Below, piece after piece: positions 24,896 through 26,442 of a stretch of 26,442 nt of DNA. Numbering within the stretch: position 1 is the first letter of the stretch; every line of letters begins with the position of its first letter. The notes beneath the pieces are model-generated. The model was not told where the DNA came from. It did not search any database and saw only the letters and a program-made list of their open reading frames with translations. The DNA comes from Armatimonadota bacterium (GTDB lineage: Bacteria > Armatimonadota > UBA5829): assembly GCA_026415535.1 (NCBI GenBank), contig JAOAGX010000002.1:1-26442 (forward strand), in the 5' to 3' direction. The position numbers and the translations under genes are program-made.

Positions 24896-25471
24896 GTGAG
24901 CCGGATACGAGTTGTGATTGCCGACGACGAGCCAATCATACGAATGGACCTCAAGACGCTTCTTGAGGAGATGGGACACGAGGTAGTGGGTGAGGCAGCC
25001 GACGGTCAGAAGGCCCTCGACATGGCACGTTCGATGAGGCCTGATGTCGTAATCCTTGATATCAAGATGCCCGTGATGGATGGGCTAGATGCCGCCAAAA
25101 TCATTTCGGAAGAGAAAATCGCACCCGTCGTTTTGCTCACTGCCTATTCCGACAAGGATCTCATCGAACGCGCCAAGGACGCCGGCGTATTCGGTTACCT
25201 CGTAAAGCCTTTCCAGGAATCCGATCTGCTGCCAGCGATCGAGATAGCCATCGCTCGCTATTTGGAGATGCAGGAACTCGAGTCCACTGTCGGCGACCTC
25301 GAGCAAAAACTCGAAACTCGAAAGCTTGTCGACCGCGCCAAGGGAATCCTTATGGACAGGTTTAAAATGAGCGAGGCCGACGCTTTCCGCCGCATTCAAC
25401 AGCAGAGCATGAATCAGCGCCGTTCCATGAAGGAGATCGCCGAGGCTATCATAATAGCTCACGAAATATAA
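24896..25471 (+). CDS. Response regulator with receiver and ANTAR RNA-binding domains (PdtaR/EutV/AmiR-like)
   Basis: VIADDE, LDIKMP, LTAYS, YLVKP, then RKLVDRAKGILM...MSEADAFRRIQQQSMNQRRSMKEIAEAII. GTG 24896 follows the SD GGAGGAG. Confidence 0.95.
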   Translation: MSRIRVVIADDEPIIRMDLKTLLEEMGHEVVGEAADGQKALDMARSMRPDVVILDIKMPVMDGLDAAKIISEEKIAPVVLLTAYSDKDLIERAKDAGVFGYLVKPFQESDLLPAIEIAIARYLEMQELESTVGDLEQKLETRKLVDRAKGILMDRFKMSEADAFRRIQQQSMNQRRSMKEIAEAIIIAHEI

Positions 25472-25610
25472 AGTCTCGAGGTCCTGAAACTAGCCAATAC
25501 TAGCGAACGGGGTTTAGATTACATTTCTTAAGGCGGAGTTTGGCTTTATAGGAACTCGGGTCGTCGATGAGACTCCCCGCTTTGTTCATGATGACATCTG
25601 GCTCAACGAG

Positions 25611-25634
25611 CTATTCTGAGCAAAGCGAAGATTT
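25611..25634. repeat. Degenerate CGTC-family REP half
   Basis: CTATTCTGAGCAAAGCGAAGATTT resembles GTCATTCTGAGCGAAGCGAAGAATCT. Confidence 0.5.
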
Positions 25635-25707
25635 TGCAGGTGCAAAATGAGTAAGCATCTGACTCTGCTTTGTGTTTTCGTCTATTTCATGCTTTCGTGA
25701 TGGATTT

Positions 25708-26442
25708 ATGACTCCCGGGAGAGTGCGCAAAGCCGAAGAGCAAGAGGCAACAAAGCCTTCGCCCGAGCAACTTTCGCCTGAGCGGGAGCTTGAAATCCTG
25801 CGGGCGCGGGTGACTGATCTCGAGAGGCGCGTTGCCGAGGCCAATCTCGAAGCTGATGCTCTTCGTGAAATCGGTCAAGCAATTGGCTCGATGCTAAACA
25901 TCGACGATATGCTTCGTCGCATCGCCGAGATCGTTGTCGAGGTTACCGGGACCGATCTCTGCCTTATCTATCTTCTAGATGACAGCGGCAAGCAACTGAT
26001 TCTACGCGGAGCGAGCGGGGAAACCAAAAACGTCATCGGCAAGATAAGACTCAAGGTAGGAGAAGGAGTTACTGGTTGGGTTGCTCAGCAGGGAACTCCT
26101 GTGGTTCTGCCGCGTGAGGCTTGGCGCGACGAACGATTCAAGCCGATTCCTATACTTTCCCAGGATAGTTACCAGTCGATGTTATCGGTTCCGCTTCGCG
26201 GTCGGAGCGGTTTGGTGGGCGTGATCAATGTGCGCACCAATCCACCTCACGAGTACACAGAAGTCCAGATCAGACTTTTGGAATCGATAGCCAGGCAGGT
26301 TGGGGGTGCAGTCGAAAACTACGAGAACTATCGCCGCGCCGAACAGCGAGCCTCTCGCCTATCGACACTTTCGGAGATCAGCCACACGATCACCTCGGAT
26401 ATGTACCTCGAGGAGATTCTCCAGCTCATCGTTGCGATGACC
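25708..26442 (+). CDS. 3'-truncated sensor protein with tandem GAF domains (likely histidine kinase or GAF-ANTAR partner)
   Basis: Open frame from ATG 25708 to the window end: coiled coil, GAF (LKVGEGVTGWVAQ...DERF...SMLSVPL...GVINV), then the start of a second GAF (LSEISHTITSDMYLEEILQLIV). Absent from the ORF track because there is no stop in the window. Confidence 0.85.
   Translation, partial: MTPGRVRKAEEQEATKPSPEQLSPERELEILRARVTDLERRVAEANLEADALREIGQAIGSMLNIDDMLRRIAEIVVEVTGTDLCLIYLLDDSGKQLILRGASGETKNVIGKIRLKVGEGVTGWVAQQGTPVVLPREAWRDERFKPIPILSQDSYQSMLSVPLRGRSGLVGVINVRTNPPHEYTEVQIRLLESIARQVGGAVENYENYRRAEQRASRLSTLSEISHTITSDMYLEEILQLIVAMT

Noticed and set aside
25472-25707. Canonical ANTAR target (dual hexaloop) or attenuator before the GAF sensor
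   Set aside because: Some stems exist (AAGGCGGAGT/ACTCCCCGCTTT, TTTTGC/GCAAAA), but I found no pair of hexaloops with A1 and G4.

Overview
Chromosomal, mostly housekeeping and accessory window from a bacterium of roughly 55% GC (estimated by eye). It is probably Armatimonadota, inferred from the stand-alone LuxR-type HTH gene, the C-terminal OB-fold repeats, the prepilin-type gene and the ECF transporter. Left part: a carbohydrate-related cluster (5'-truncated putative glycosidase-like gene, a 623-aa double-SIS GKRP/MurQ-like protein, a heparinase II/III-type lyase), then a three-gene ABC export module heavily broken by nonsense codons and frameshifts. Middle: trxB, a URO-D-fold protein, an aldo/keto reductase, a candidate rod-shaped ncRNA and a solo LuxR HTH gene. 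Next is a tightly coupled six-gene operon (secreted multi-OB-fold protein, pseudopilin, ECF S component, FmdE-like protein, ECF T, ECF ATPase) behind a sigma70 promoter overlapped by a NikR-like 7-13-7 palindrome. This operon is the best candidate for an undescribed system: pilin-assisted metal or cofactor capture. Right part: a small membrane protein, a PGI/PMI homologue lacking its catalytic residues, rpsF-ssb-rpsR with an S6:S18-type leader and a possible non-canonical start, a presenilin/SPP-like GxGD membrane protease, an ANTAR response regulator and a 3'-truncated GAF-GAF sensor. Intergenic regions carry CGTC-tagged REP-like palindromes fused to short tandem arrays. All family assignments come from motif recognition by eye. 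No database searches were run.
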